A DNA stretch of 64,000 nucleotides from Candidatus Eiseniibacteriota bacterium. GTDB taxonomy: Bacteria > Eisenbacteria > RBG-16-71-46 > JABDJR01. The stretch's first letter is position 1. Each line of letters opens with the position of its first letter. This document shows, one piece after another, positions 47,804-59,590 of the stretch. Below the pieces are notes generated by a model, which searched no databases, was not told where the DNA came from, and saw only the letters and a list, made by a program, of their open reading frames with translations. The position numbers and the translations under genes are program-made. The stretch covers positions 64,001 through 128,000 of the forward strand of contig CAVXKA010000002.1 in the NCBI GenBank assembly GCA_963762255.1. The letters run 5' to 3'.

Positions 47804-49332
47804 GCGCGGCGAGCGAATCGGCGCGCGCGCGGGAGTCGCGGCCGGATCGGGAAGAGTTCCATCGCCAAGCCACAGAGGCCCGCGTGGTATCGGTGGTGCG
47901 CACCCTCTCCGCGGAAGGATGGACACCGGTCTCGGCATTTCATCGTCTGGCCGGAACGAAACCGGACGTCTTCCTGTTCGAGAGCGTTGAGAGGGGCGAG
48001 ACGATCGGACGACACTCCCTTCTCGGGAGGCGCCCGTTCCTGCGTGTCGTCGCTCGGGGCGACCATGTCGAACTCGCGGGGGTGGACGCGAACCGGCACC
48101 GCGTCGAGGGGATGGACCCGCCGACGGCCCTGCGCGCCATCTTCGACGCGTACCGCCGCCCGTCTGCCCTTCCGCTTCCGCCGTTCGTCGCGGGGGCCGT
48201 CGGCTATTTCGGTTACGACACGGCGCGTTGGATGGAACGCGTCCCGGATCGCGCGCGGCCGGCGCCCCCCGAACCCGACCTCACTTTGCTCTTTCCTGAG
48301 GAAGTGGCTGTCTTCGACCACGCGCTCCAACAACTCCACCTGACCGTGAACGCGCGGATGCTCGCCGGCGAAGATTCGGACGGCGCCTATGCCCGTGCGA
48401 TGGGGCAACTGGATGCGTTCGAAGCGGAGTTGGGCACGCCGGCAGCGATGCCCGAGCGTGAAGAAGGGAAGGGGCGCGAGATCCGCGGCTCGGAGCCTGC
48501 GGCGCCCACGTCGAATCTGAGCCGCGACGCCTTTGCCGACCGGGTGCGCGAAGCCAAGCGTCTCATTGCCGGCGGGGACATCTTCCAGGTGGTCTTGAGC
48601 CGCCGCTTGCGCGTGCCGTGCCGCGCCGATGACCTCTCGCTCTATCGCGAGCTCCGCGCTCTGAACCCGTCCCCCTACATGTTCCTGCTGCGCCTGGACG
48701 GATGGAGCGCGGTGGGATCGAGTCCGGAGCCCCTCCTGCGCGTAACCGGAGATCGCCTCCAGTACCGTCCCATCGCCGGCACCGCGCCTCGATGCGGGGA
48801 CGACGTCGAGGACGATCGCCGCGCCGCCGCGCTCATCGCGGATCCGAAGGAGCGCGCTGAGCACGTGATGTTGGTCGACCTGGGGCGCAACGACCTCGGC
48901 CGCGTGGCCGTTCCAGGGTCGGTGCGAGTGGACGAGTTCATGACCGTCGAGCGCTACTCGCACGTCATGCATCTGGTGAGCGGGCTCTCCGCACGGCTGC
49001 GGCCCGACCTGGGTGCGCTCGACGCGTTCTTCGCCTGTTTTCCCGCGGGAACGGTGAGCGGCGCGCCCAAAGTGCGCGCGATGGAGATCATCGAAGATCT
49101 CGAACCGGAGCGGCGCGGTCTCTACGGCGGCGCGGTGGGCTACCTCGATTTCTCGGGCAACCTCGACACGTGCATCGCGCTGCGCACGATGGTGGTGCGC
49201 GACGGGGAAGTGCGGGTGCAGGCCGGGGCGGGCATCGTGGCGGATTCCGACCCGGAGCGCGAGTTCGAGGAGACGGAGCACAAGGCGGGGGCCCTCCTCG
49301 AAGCGGTGCGTCGCGCGGAGACGGCGGGATGA
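47800..49332 (+). CDS. trpE: Anthranilate synthase component I
   Basis: [88 protein letters not shown]. Confidence 0.93.
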   Translation: MSAASESARARESRPDREEFHRQATEARVVSVVRTLSAEGWTPVSAFHRLAGTKPDVFLFESVERGETIGRHSLLGRRPFLRVVARGDHVELAGVDANRHRVEGMDPPTALRAIFDAYRRPSALPLPPFVAGAVGYFGYDTARWMERVPDRARPAPPEPDLTLLFPEEVAVFDHALQQLHLTVNARMLAGEDSDGAYARAMGQLDAFEAELGTPAAMPEREEGKGREIRGSEPAAPTSNLSRDAFADRVREAKRLIAGGDIFQVVLSRRLRVPCRADDLSLYRELRALNPSPYMFLLRLDGWSAVGSSPEPLLRVTGDRLQYRPIAGTAPRCGDDVEDDRRAAALIADPKERAEHVMLVDLGRNDLGRVAVPGSVRVDEFMTVERYSHVMHLVSGLSARLRPDLGALDAFFACFPAGTVSGAPKVRAMEIIEDLEPERRGLYGGAVGYLDFSGNLDTCIALRTMVVRDGEVRVQAGAGIVADSDPEREFEETEHKAGALLEAVRRAETAG

Positions 49333-49969
49333 TGCGCCGGCCGTGGGTCAAGGTGTGCGGGATCACGCGGCTCGCGGACGCCGAGGCCGCGATCGCCGCG
49401 GGAGCGGACGCGGTCGGGTTCGTTCTCGTCCCTTCGAGCCCGCGATGCGTCACGCCCGCCGAGGCCGCGCGCATCGTCGCGCGGCTGCCCGAGCGGACGG
49501 CGAAGGTGGGGGTGGTCGTGTCGGAGCCACCCGCAACCGTGCGAGCCCTCATCACGGAGATCGGCCTCACGGCGATTCAGGCTCACGGGGACGAAACCCC
49601 GGAGGAATGTGCCGAGTATGGCGTCCCGGTGGTGAAGGCGTTCGGCGTCGGTCCGACCTTCGATCCCGCGACGATCGAGCCGTTCGGCGCCCACGCGGTT
49701 CTGCTCGACGGCGTGGCGGGGGAGGCGCGCGGCGGCACCGGCCGGCTGGCGGACTGGGAAATCGCGCGGCGGCTGGTGGAGAGCGGCTACCGCGTGCTGC
49801 TGGCGGGCGGCCTCGCGCCGGAGAACCTCGTCGAGGCGGTGGAGACGGTCGAGCCGTTGGGGATCGATCTCAACAGCGGGGTCGAGCGCGCGCCGGGGAT
49901 CAAGGACCAGGATCGATTGGCGCGGGCCCTCGGCGCGCTGGCGCACTGGGCGCCGCCAAAGGAGAGCAC

Positions 49970-49982
<13 letters not shown>
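49329..49982 (+). CDS. trpF: Phosphoribosylanthranilate isomerase
   Basis: [51 protein letters not shown]. Confidence 0.93.
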
Positions 49983-51167
<1,185 letters not shown>

Positions 51168-51175
<8 letters not shown>

Positions 51176-51950
51176 GCGCATCGAGAGGATGTTGGCCGGG
51201 CGCGGTGCGCACCCCCTCATCATTCCCTACCTCACCGCGGGATACCCCGACGCATCGGAGACGGTGGAGCTACTCCTCGCGCTGGAGCGGGGAGGGGCCG
51301 ACGCCGTCGAGTTGGGGCTTCCCTTCAGCGATCCCCTGGCCGATGGGCCGATCATCCAAGCTACGTCGCAGGTCGCGTTGCGTGCGGGGATGACCCACCG
51401 ACGCGCGCTCGACCTTGTCGCCGCGTTTCGCGCGCGATCCGCCCTGCCGCTCCTCCTCATGGGCTATGTGAACCCGATCCTGGCCTACGGTCCCGACCGC
51501 TTCTTCACCGATGCGGCCGCAGCCGGCGCGGACGGACTGATCCTGCCCGATCTCCCCCCTGAGGAGACCGGCCCCTTCCACGGCAGGGCAGTCGAGCGGG
51601 GGCTCGCCTGGGTCTTCCTCGCCGCGCCCACCAGCTCGGAGGAGCGGCTTCGAGAGGTGGATCGCCTCTCGACTCATTTCAACTACTGCGTCTCGGTGGC
51701 CGGGGTGACCGGAGAGCGATCCGAACTGGCCGCGGGCCTCGGTGCGTACCTCGACCGGGCGGCCCGTGTGATGCGAAAGCCGTTCGTCGTGGGCTTCGGC
51801 ATCTCGCGGGCGGAGCAGGTGCGCCTTGTCGTCCCCCCCGCGGCGGGGGTCGTGGTGGGGAGCGGGCTGCTCCGGGTCCTGGGCGAGGAATCCGATGCAG
51901 CCGGCCGGCGGCGGCGCGCGGAGGCCACCGTGCGAGGGCTTCGCCCGTGA
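51168..51950 (+). CDS. trpA: Tryptophan synthase alpha chain
   Basis: [53 protein letters not shown]. Confidence 0.95.
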
Positions 51951-52065
51951 CCGGTTGCTTTCGTGCCCGCGCCCGGTCAAAATCCTCGCCTCCCCGAGAG
52001 GCGGCCATCCCTCCGATGGGCTCCCTCGCACGATGCCGGTCCCGCGGTTTCTGGAGGTCTTGCGC

Positions 52066-53088
52066 ATGCTGATCGTCATGAAGAAGGACGCGAGTCCGCG
52101 AGAGATCGAGCATGTGGTGGAGACCGTCCGCCGCATGGGGCTCACCCCGCATCCGATCCCCGGCACGCAGCGCATGGCCATCGGGATCACCGGGAACAAG
52201 GGAGGTCTCGAGCCGCAGGCGATCGAGGGACTTCCCGGCGTACTCGAAGCGATCGCGGTGTCCAAGCCGTTCAAGCAGGTGAGCCGCGAGTGGAAAGACG
52301 CCGACACGATCGTCGACGTGAAGGGGGTGAAGATCGGCGGGCGCGGCATCGTGGTCATGGCCGGGCCCTGCGCGGTGGAGAGCTACGAGCAGACCCTCGC
52401 CACGGCCCTCGGTGTGAAGGCTGGTGGCGCGCACATGCTTCGCGGCGGGGCATTCAAACCGCGCACCTCGCCCTACGCGTTTCAAGGATTGGGGGAGCCG
52501 GGCCTGGAGATTCTGGCCCGCGTGCGCGACAAGGTGGGTTTGCCGGTGGTGACCGAGGCGATCGACGCCGAGGGCGTGGCTCTCGTGGAGCGCTATGCCG
52601 ACATGATCCAGATCGGGGCCCGCAACATGCAGAACTTCTCCCTTCTCAAGCGGGCCGGGCGGTCGCGGCTACCGGTGCTGCTGAAGCGGGGGATGAGCGC
52701 CACGATCGAGGAGCTGCTCCTGGCCGCCGAGTACATCGTGAGCGAGGGGAACCCGAACGTGGTCCTCTGCGAACGCGGCGTGCGCACCTTCGCCGACCAC
52801 ACCCGCAACACCCTCGACCTCTCCGCCATCCCGGCGGTCAAACGGTTGAGCCACCTCCCGATTCTCGCCGATCCCAGTCACGGAACCGGCCGGCGGGAGA
52901 AAGTGGTGCCCATGGCGCGGGCCGCGGTGGCCGCGGGGGCGGACGGGCTCATCATCGAAGTGCACAACCAGCCGGAGACGGCCTTGTCGGACGGGTACCA
53001 GTCCTTGCTCCCCGAGTCCTTCGCCGAACTCATGGAACAGCTTCGCCGTCTGGCCCCGGTGTTGGGCCGGGAAGTGCCGTCGTCGTGA
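52066..53088 (+). CDS. aroF: DAHP synthase (type I-beta with N-terminal regulatory domain)
   Basis: GGAGG RBS; [56 protein letters not shown]. Confidence 0.93.
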   Translation: MLIVMKKDASPREIEHVVETVRRMGLTPHPIPGTQRMAIGITGNKGGLEPQAIEGLPGVLEAIAVSKPFKQVSREWKDADTIVDVKGVKIGGRGIVVMAGPCAVESYEQTLATALGVKAGGAHMLRGGAFKPRTSPYAFQGLGEPGLEILARVRDKVGLPVVTEAIDAEGVALVERYADMIQIGARNMQNFSLLKRAGRSRLPVLLKRGMSATIEELLLAAEYIVSEGNPNVVLCERGVRTFADHTRNTLDLSAIPAVKRLSHLPILADPSHGTGRREKVVPMARAAVAAGADGLIIEVHNQPETALSDGYQSLLPESFAELMEQLRRLAPVLGREVPSS

Positions 53089-53807
53089 ACATCAGCGCGC
53101 TCCCGCGAGGGACTCAGATCAGCGGTCGCTACGAGGTCAAGGAGCGCATCGGCGTGGGGTGGGAGGGCGTCACGTACAAGGTGCGCGACCGCCTCGACGA
53201 CCGGGTCAAGGCCATCAAGTTCATCACCAACATCAAACGCCGAAAGGCCATCCTGCAGCAGGCCCGGGTGATGGTGCGGCTCCACCACCCGAACATCATC
53301 AACTACTACAACGTCGACACGATGGATTTGGAAGGGGAGAGCCACTACTTCCTGCTCGTGGAATACCTCCAGGGGCCCAAGCTCTCCCAGGTCATCCGGC
53401 ACCATTTCCGCCGCCACGACCAGCCCCCGCTCTTCTACGGTTTGCGCATCTTCTACCAGATCTGCCGGGGCATGGCCTACGTTCACGACCAGCGTATCCT
53501 CCACGACGACCTCCATACCGACAACATCATCCTCACCGGCGATCCGACGGATCCGGTTCCCAAACTGTTCGATTTCTGGGGGAGCCGGGGGGCGAACATC
53601 GGCGAGCGGCGCAGTTTCGATCTGAAGTGCGCGGGACAGGTCCTCTTCGAGACGATGACCGGTCACGGCGAGTACGATGCCGCCGAGCTGGCGCTCCTGC
53701 CGCGGGAGATCGCTGCCATCGTCCGCCGCGCGCGCGCCCGGGTGCACACCTACGGCACCTTTCACGAAATCGTCGAGGATCTGGAAAAATTGCGCGACTG
53801 GGACTAG
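53085..53807 (+). CDS. Atypical Hanks-like protein kinase domain (standalone)
   Basis: [45 protein letters not shown]. Confidence 0.8.
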   Translation: MNISALPRGTQISGRYEVKERIGVGWEGVTYKVRDRLDDRVKAIKFITNIKRRKAILQQARVMVRLHHPNIINYYNVDTMDLEGESHYFLLVEYLQGPKLSQVIRHHFRRHDQPPLFYGLRIFYQICRGMAYVHDQRILHDDLHTDNIILTGDPTDPVPKLFDFWGSRGANIGERRSFDLKCAGQVLFETMTGHGEYDAAELALLPREIAAIVRRARARVHTYGTFHEIVEDLEKLRDWD

Positions 53808-54421
53808 GGGTGAAATGCCTTCTCCCCGGCGCGGATGGCGACGGGGACGCGATTCTCCGGGGGGACGAGAGGGCAAGCCCAGCCGTCGTTGTACGCGCAG
53901 TACGGGTTCTTGGCCGTATTGAAGTCGACGATCAGGGTTCCGTTCGGCCCCGGCGCTACGTCGACGTATCGCCCCACATGATAGGTCTCGCTTCCGGTCG
54001 TGGCGTCCTGGAAGGGGAGGAACAGACTCTCGGTGGGCCGCGAGCGGAGCACGGTGAGGGTGAATGGCTGGCCGTCCCTCGTCAGATGCAGCTTCCCGTG
54101 GACGGTGTAGCGCCGGAGGTTTCCCTCGGTGTCGGGGAACTCGAGTTCTCCGCCGGCCCCTGTCTGATCGAGGCGCGCGACGAAACGGTACGAGGGGTCG
54201 AGGGGATAGTAGTGCAGGCCCGTGAAGCCCACCCGCTGGTCGGGCAGGAGCGGCGACTTCTCGGAGCGGAAGTACTCATCCACCCGCGTGCGGAAGGCGC
54301 CCAGGGAATCGGCCCACCCGGCCGGAACCTCGGAGACCGATTCCCGCCTCGACGAGCAGCCGAAAACCTCGAGAAGCAATACCAGGAGGACGGGGACTGG
54401 CCGCAGGATCCGGATCGACAC
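53804..54421 (-). CDS. DUF1684 family lipoprotein
   Basis: VFG-C; SPL, GL.YYP.DP.YR, LPF.D.TTG.ETY..GRY, DFN.AKNPYCAYN..W.CPL.PPEN......I.AGEK. Confidence 0.88.
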   Translation of the reverse strand: MSIRILRPVPVLLVLLLEVFGCSSRRESVSEVPAGWADSLGAFRTRVDEYFRSEKSPLLPDQRVGFTGLHYYPLDPSYRFVARLDQTGAGGELEFPDTEGNLRRYTVHGKLHLTRDGQPFTLTVLRSRPTESLFLPFQDATTGSETYHVGRYVDVAPGPNGTLIVDFNTAKNPYCAYNDGWACPLVPPENRVPVAIRAGEKAFHP

Positions 54422-54436
54422 CGCGAAGACGTGCCT

Positions 54437-55000
54437 CTAGGGGTTGTTCTTCTGCCGTTCCCGGTCATCCCACTTGCCGATGATCGACTGGTACCAGGGA
54501 CGGCTGTCGAAGCGGTTGGCGAACACCCGGTTGATGGAATCCTGCTCAGTCGCGATGAAGTTCACGAACTCGGTGTGTTTGTCGAGCGTCTTCGTCATGA
54601 GGTCGAGCTGGGTCTGTAGCTTCAGGTCGATCTGCTCCTGCTGTCCCTTGAAGTTGGTCAGCACCTCGGCCTGGAAATCCTTGTTCTGGGCGGCGATGGC
54701 CTCGAATCGGGTATTGACCTCACTGATGATCTCGAGCTTGACCTCTTCAGGCCGGTTGGCGTAGGTCGACAGCTCGGCGGAAAGCTGGTCGGTTTTCTCG
54801 GTCAGCGTGGCCACGTTGGTGTTGACCGTGTTCATCTTCCGGTTGAGGAACTCGTTCTGCTGCTTGAGGAGATCGAGCTGCTTCTTGGTCGTGTTCTGGA
54901 GGTTGACGAGATCCTGCTGCATCTGACGGTTGCCTTGGCAACCGGAGAGGGCAACCCCTACCCCCAGGATGGCGACGAGCGAAACCAAGCGACGGTTCAT
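54437..55000 (-). CDS. Coiled-coil lipoprotein of unknown function
   Basis: MNRRLVSLVAILGVGVALSG-C lipobox; Gln/Asn/Leu heptad-rich helix. Confidence 0.75.
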   Translation of the reverse strand: MNRRLVSLVAILGVGVALSGCQGNRQMQQDLVNLQNTTKKQLDLLKQQNEFLNRKMNTVNTNVATLTEKTDQLSAELSTYANRPEEVKLEIISEVNTRFEAIAAQNKDFQAEVLTNFKGQQEQIDLKLQTQLDLMTKTLDKHTEFVNFIATEQDSINRVFANRFDSRPWYQSIIGKWDDRERQKNNP

Positions 55001-55115
55001 GAGAGGCATTCCCCCTTGTACGGCAGGGCCCATCGGCGTCCTGCGCAGGCTTCCTGAGGAGGGTCGAAGCGGGCATTCCGGGCCCTCAACCCGGCCTACC
55101 CCAAAGCGTCGGCGG

Positions 55116-55144
55116 AGTGTAGTCGAGCCCCCAAAACGTGTCAA
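55116..55144 (-). promoter_or_regulatory. Sigma70-like promoter for the coiled-coil lipoprotein
   Basis: Minus strand TTGACA (55144-55139), 17 bp, TACACT (55121-55116). Confidence 0.65.
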
Positions 55145-57165
55145 GGCAATCGACTTCGGACGATCTCGGCGGCCTCGCGAGCTCTCGCTGCGCTTGCGGA
55201 GTCGGGCGCCGCCGCCTCCGCAGCGGCCAGATCGCGGAGCGCTGTGTCCCGATTTCCCGCCTCGGCCCGGGCAAGCCCCCGATTGTAGAGCGCCTTGAAG
55301 TGGCGGGGGTCGAGGTCGAGAGCGCGATCCCAGGCGGCCAGCGCCTCGGCGCGCCTCCCCGCCAGCCGCCGGTGCCTCCCCGCGCTGTTCCAGACCTCGG
55401 GATCCCGGCTTCCCTTCGCCACGGATTCCTCCAGCGCGCGCGCGGCGTCGCTATCGCGGCCGAGCGCTTCCAGCGTCAATCCGAGGGCGCCCAGGATCTC
55501 GGGATTCTCCGGAAAGGCCAGCACTGCCTCCTCGAGGTGGGGGATGGCCGCCTCGGGGTGTCCCTGCCGGTCGAGAATCCGCGCCCAGGTCCACTGGACG
55601 CTCCACGAATCGGGAATGCTCGCTCCCGCGATCTCAACCTCGCGGAGCGCGACATCGAGGTGGCCCCCTCGTTCGGCGAGCGCCGCCAGACCCAGATGGG
55701 CGCGCCCCTCGTCCGGGTCGAGAGCCAGCACGCGGGCGTACTCTCTCCCGGCCTCGGCCGCGCGGCCCGCGTTGAAGAGGGACTCGGCCCGCACCAGGCG
55801 GTCGCGGGGCGGATCCTCTGCGATCGCCCGTGCCCAGGGAATGTTGGCCGCGGCATAGGCAACCAGAAAGACGAGCCACGCCGCGGGGCGGCGGGCGCGA
55901 AGCCTCACCGCGCCGACGGCGGCGAGAAGCGCGAGGGCGGGCAATGCGGGCGCACGAAACCGGGCACAGACGAAGAAGAGGAGCAATGGGAGAAAGACGA
56001 TCCCGGCGTAGGCGAGCACGGGGCGCCAGCGGCGATCCCTGAGTTCGAGAAGCCCGACCAGAGCCAGGGGGATGAGAAGACCGCTCGGCCAATAGAGTCC
56101 GGGGACTTTCCAGAGAAGCGCGGGGAACCACGGGACGTCCTCGCGCGCCAGGTAGAGCGACCGGTTGTTGGGTGTCTCGAAACCATGGATGAGATAGAGG
56201 GCCTTGCGCGATGTGAGCGAGAGCGCCTCTCCCGGATGGGCGACCCAGAAGCGCATCGCTTCGCGCGTCCACCGATCGGATGCGGCGGCAGGGTCGAGCG
56301 GACGCTGCGCGCGAGTCTCGGCCAGGCGCACCGAGGCCTCGGCGAATTCCCGCCATCCTCCGCCCGCAGGAAGGCCGGGAATGTCCACCCCGCGGCCGTC
56401 GGCTCCGACGTGGTTTCCCGCGTAGAGGTTGATGCCGGCCTGGGTCGCAGGAAAACGAAAGCCGGCGCCGTGTGACGCCATGAGGGCGGCCGGTCCGACC
56501 CATACAGCGAGTGTGATCCCCAGGGTGAGAGCGGCGCGACGCACCCTCGGACCCCGAGCGACGCACGCGAAGAGCGTCCCCGCGCCGGCCAGGAGCGCCA
56601 AGGGCCCGCGCGCCAGGGCGGCGAGGCTCCAGAGGAAGCTCATCGCTGCCCACCAGCGAAAGCCATCCCGTTCCGACCCGGCGCCGGCACGAACGATGGC
56701 GTAGAGCCCCCACGCCCCGAGCGCCGTGGCCAGCGGCTCGCCCAGCAGCTCTCCCTCGAAGAAGATCTGCGGCGCGTAGAGAGCGGCCGCGAGAGCGGCG
56801 CCGACGCGGGCCGCCCGCGCCAGACCGAGGCGCGTGCCGGTGGCGAGCACGGCCAGGGCAGTCGTCACCCCCAAGGCGGCGTCGAACACGCGGCCCGGCC
56901 ATGGACCGGCGCCGAACAGGGCGTAGAGAGCGCCCAGGGTCCAGGGGAAGAGCGGCGGGCGGAAATAGGGCGCCCCCGCGGTCAAGTCGCCGGCGGCGAT
57001 CGCCCGCGCGAGGCCGTCATGGTACGCAGAGTCGAGGATGGGCGCGCTGAAGAAGGGGCTCCGCTCGAAGAACACGAAGTAGGCGACGCGGACGAGGATC
57101 GCCACCGAAAGCACGAGCCCCGCCTCTCGAAGGGAGACGCGGGGTTCGGATGCGGCGGCCGTCAT
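55141..57165 (-). CDS. GT-C membrane glycosyltransferase-TPR fusion (paralog of 43130-45382)
   Basis: LDSAYH, YFRPPLFPW.LG, LYAPQIFFEGELL, QAGINLYAGN...ADG, FETPNN, FFVCARFR.P, then TPRs. Confidence 0.82.
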   Translation of the reverse strand: MTAAASEPRVSLREAGLVLSVAILVRVAYFVFFERSPFFSAPILDSAYHDGLARAIAAGDLTAGAPYFRPPLFPWTLGALYALFGAGPWPGRVFDAALGVTTALAVLATGTRLGLARAARVGAALAAALYAPQIFFEGELLGEPLATALGAWGLYAIVRAGAGSERDGFRWWAAMSFLWSLAALARGPLALLAGAGTLFACVARGPRVRRAALTLGITLAVWVGPAALMASHGAGFRFPATQAGINLYAGNHVGADGRGVDIPGLPAGGGWREFAEASVRLAETRAQRPLDPAAASDRWTREAMRFWVAHPGEALSLTSRKALYLIHGFETPNNRSLYLAREDVPWFPALLWKVPGLYWPSGLLIPLALVGLLELRDRRWRPVLAYAGIVFLPLLLFFVCARFRAPALPALALLAAVGAVRLRARRPAAWLVFLVAYAAANIPWARAIAEDPPRDRLVRAESLFNAGRAAEAGREYARVLALDPDEGRAHLGLAALAERGGHLDVALREVEIAGASIPDSWSVQWTWARILDRQGHPEAAIPHLEEAVLAFPENPEILGALGLTLEALGRDSDAARALEESVAKGSRDPEVWNSAGRHRRLAGRRAEALAAWDRALDLDPRHFKALYNRGLARAEAGNRDTALRDLAAAEAAAPDSASAARAREAAEIVRSRLP

Positions 57166-57178
57166 GACGGAAGGGCGG

Positions 57179-58351
57179 TCAGGCGAACGCGGGGATCCCG
57201 GTGATCTCCTGCCCGAGGATGAGGGTGTGGATGTCGTGGGTCCCTTCATAGGTCTTCACCGACTCGAGGTTCATCATGTGGCGCATGATCGGATACTCGG
57301 TGGTGATCCCGTTCGCGCCGAGGACGTCTCGCGCTGAGCGCGCAATGTCCAGCGCCATGGCGACGTTGTTGCGTTTGGCCATCGAGACGTGACCGAAGGT
57401 GAGCTTCCCTCCGTCCTTGAGCTGGCCGAGCCGCAGGCACAGAGCCTGCGCCTTGGTGATCTCGGTGAGCATATCGGCGAGCTTGGCCTGGGTGAGTTGG
57501 AAGGCGCCGATCGGGCGTCCGAACTGGATGCGCGTCTTGGAGTATTCGACGGCGGCGTGAAAGCAAGCCATGGCCGCGCCGATCGCTCCCCACGCGATGC
57601 CGTAGCGCGCCTGGGTCAAACAGGCGAGCGGCGCCTTCAGGCCCCCCGCGCCGGGAAGCAGGTTCGCGTCGGGCAGCCTCACATCCTGGAGGACGAGCTC
57701 GCTCGTCACCGACGCGCGCAGGCTCATCTTGTGCTTCATCTCCGGCGCGCTGAACCCCGGCCGGTCCTTCTCGACGAGGAAACCGCGGATGAGGCCGTCC
57801 TCGTCCTTGGCCCACACCACCGAGATGTCGGCGATGCTGCCGTTGGTGATCCACATCTTGGCGCCGTTCAGGACCCACTCGCTCCCGTCGCGACGCGCGC
57901 GCGTGACCATGCCGCCGGGGTTGGATCCGTAGTCCGGCTCGGTGAGGCCGAACGCGCCGATCAACTCGCCCGCAGCCAGGCGCGGCAGGTAGGTTCGTCG
58001 CTGCTCCTCGGTGCCGAACTCGTAGATGGGGTACATGACGAGCGCCCCCTGCACCGACGCGAAGGACCGGATGCCGCTGTCGCCCCGCTCCAGCTCCTGC
58101 ATGACCAGACCGTAGGCGATGTTGCTCATCTCCGCGCAGCCGTACTCTGCGGGGAGCGTGGTGCCGAACACGCCGAGTTCTGCGAGTTTCCTGGTGAGCT
58201 GCAGGGGGAAGGTGCCGCTCTCGTTGTGCCCCTCGATGATGGGAAGGACCTCGGCGTCCACGAAGTCACGCACCGCCTGGCGGGCCATCCGCTCTTCGTC
58301 GGTGAGGAGGTCATCGAAGAGGTAGTAGTCGTAGCCTGGAAACGTGGTCAT
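57179..58351 (-). CDS. gcdH: Glutaryl-CoA dehydrogenase-type acyl-CoA dehydrogenase
   Basis: QELERGDSGIRSFASVQGALVMYPI, FGLTEPD.GS.PGGM, NGAKMWITNG, SLRASVT, ARYGIAWG, NLESVKTYEGTHDIH.LILG. Confidence 0.9.
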   Translation of the reverse strand: MTTFPGYDYYLFDDLLTDEERMARQAVRDFVDAEVLPIIEGHNESGTFPLQLTRKLAELGVFGTTLPAEYGCAEMSNIAYGLVMQELERGDSGIRSFASVQGALVMYPIYEFGTEEQRRTYLPRLAAGELIGAFGLTEPDYGSNPGGMVTRARRDGSEWVLNGAKMWITNGSIADISVVWAKDEDGLIRGFLVEKDRPGFSAPEMKHKMSLRASVTSELVLQDVRLPDANLLPGAGGLKAPLACLTQARYGIAWGAIGAAMACFHAAVEYSKTRIQFGRPIGAFQLTQAKLADMLTEITKAQALCLRLGQLKDGGKLTFGHVSMAKRNNVAMALDIARSARDVLGANGITTEYPIMRHMMNLESVKTYEGTHDIHTLILGQEITGIPAFA

Positions 58352-59286
58352 ACCGAGGACGCACTCTCCCGAGGTTCTTCGCCGCCGGTCTCCGGGTCCT
58401 CCTCGACGAACTCACCCTCCTCATCCTCGTCCTCGTCTTCGTACTCCTCATCCTCGAACTCGCCGTCCTCGTCGTCGTACTCCTCGAATTCGTCGTCGAG
58501 GTACTCGCCGTTACCGGTGCCTCCGGGAGCGACGGCGCGGGCGCCGCGATCGCCGAGCGCGATCTCGACGTCCTCGGACTCCCGATTCAGATGGAGGACG
58601 CGGTAGCCATCCGAGCGCTGCTGCTTCACGAGCAGGCAGTCCTGGATGGCCTGGGCTACGAACTCGCGCGCCTCGTCCTCGGCCAGGCCCGGAAACTCGG
58701 TGGAGGTGGTCATGGCCGCAGCCACGTACTTGAAGGTGATGAAGGGCTTGGATCGCTCGAGGCGATCCACGAAGCGGATGAAGGAGTCTCTGCGCGCATC
58801 GTCCGCCACCGCCTCGAACTCCAGCGGCTCGAACTGTCCGCCCGCCGCCTCGATGAGGTCGTTGCTCACGGAGCCGCGCACGCCTCCGATCACCACCTGC
58901 TTTCCGTAGCGGTTGCGGATCATGGTGGCGGCCCGGATGAATCGCCGGTCGCCGGTCATCAGGATGTACGTGGCGAGAAAGGGACGGTCGAGGAGCGACT
59001 CGAAGATCTCGATCAACATCTCCATGTCCGCGCCCCCCTTGGGGCGATCGCCGACCTGGAGCGGGGTCACGTTGACCGCGGTGATACCCGAAACCTGCAG
59101 ATCGCGCTGGACGCGCTCGGGGTGGTCGGTGAAGTCGGCGTAGGCGCGGGCGAGGGTGACCAAGCCGTAGCGGCGCGCGACATCCATCAACATCGATCCG
59201 CACAACTCGCGGTGGTACGTATTGAGGACGCTGTAGCGTATGTTCTCGAAGTCGACCATCAGGGCGACTTCGGCGGGGCGTTCCAT
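58348..59286 (-). CDS. NYN (LabA/DUF88, PIN-like) domain protein with acidic C-terminal tail
   Basis: VDFENI, RAYADF, K..AD....I, LMTGD..F, GK.V, VSNDL; GGAGG RBS. Confidence 0.82.
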   Translation of the reverse strand: MERPAEVALMVDFENIRYSVLNTYHRELCGSMLMDVARRYGLVTLARAYADFTDHPERVQRDLQVSGITAVNVTPLQVGDRPKGGADMEMLIEIFESLLDRPFLATYILMTGDRRFIRAATMIRNRYGKQVVIGGVRGSVSNDLIEAAGGQFEPLEFEAVADDARRDSFIRFVDRLERSKPFITFKYVAAAMTTSTEFPGLAEDEAREFVAQAIQDCLLVKQQRSDGYRVLHLNRESEDVEIALGDRGARAVAPGGTGNGEYLDDEFEEYDDEDGEFEDEEYEDEDEDEEGEFVEEDPETGGEEPRESASSV

Positions 59287-59590
59287 ACGACCTCCAGGAT
59301 CCGTCCCCGAAGCCGCATGGAGGGCTCCCCGGAGAAAGCCGGGGCCGAAGGCACGGGTGCGGACGTGAGTGTTCTAGGGAATCACAATCGCATTGTGGAA
59401 CCGGGACCGGCGAGTAACCACGCGAGCCGATCCCTACAATTGACCCCGTAAGTGTACGCTAGCGGGGGACCCCTCACAAGCGAACACGTGGCAGGCTGAT
59501 TCCGGCGCCTTCGTCTTGCCTTCGGCGCGGCCTCGCGGGATCATCTTCCGTTCGCACTCGCCCTCGTCCTCGTCGGAAAAGGAGCCTTTC

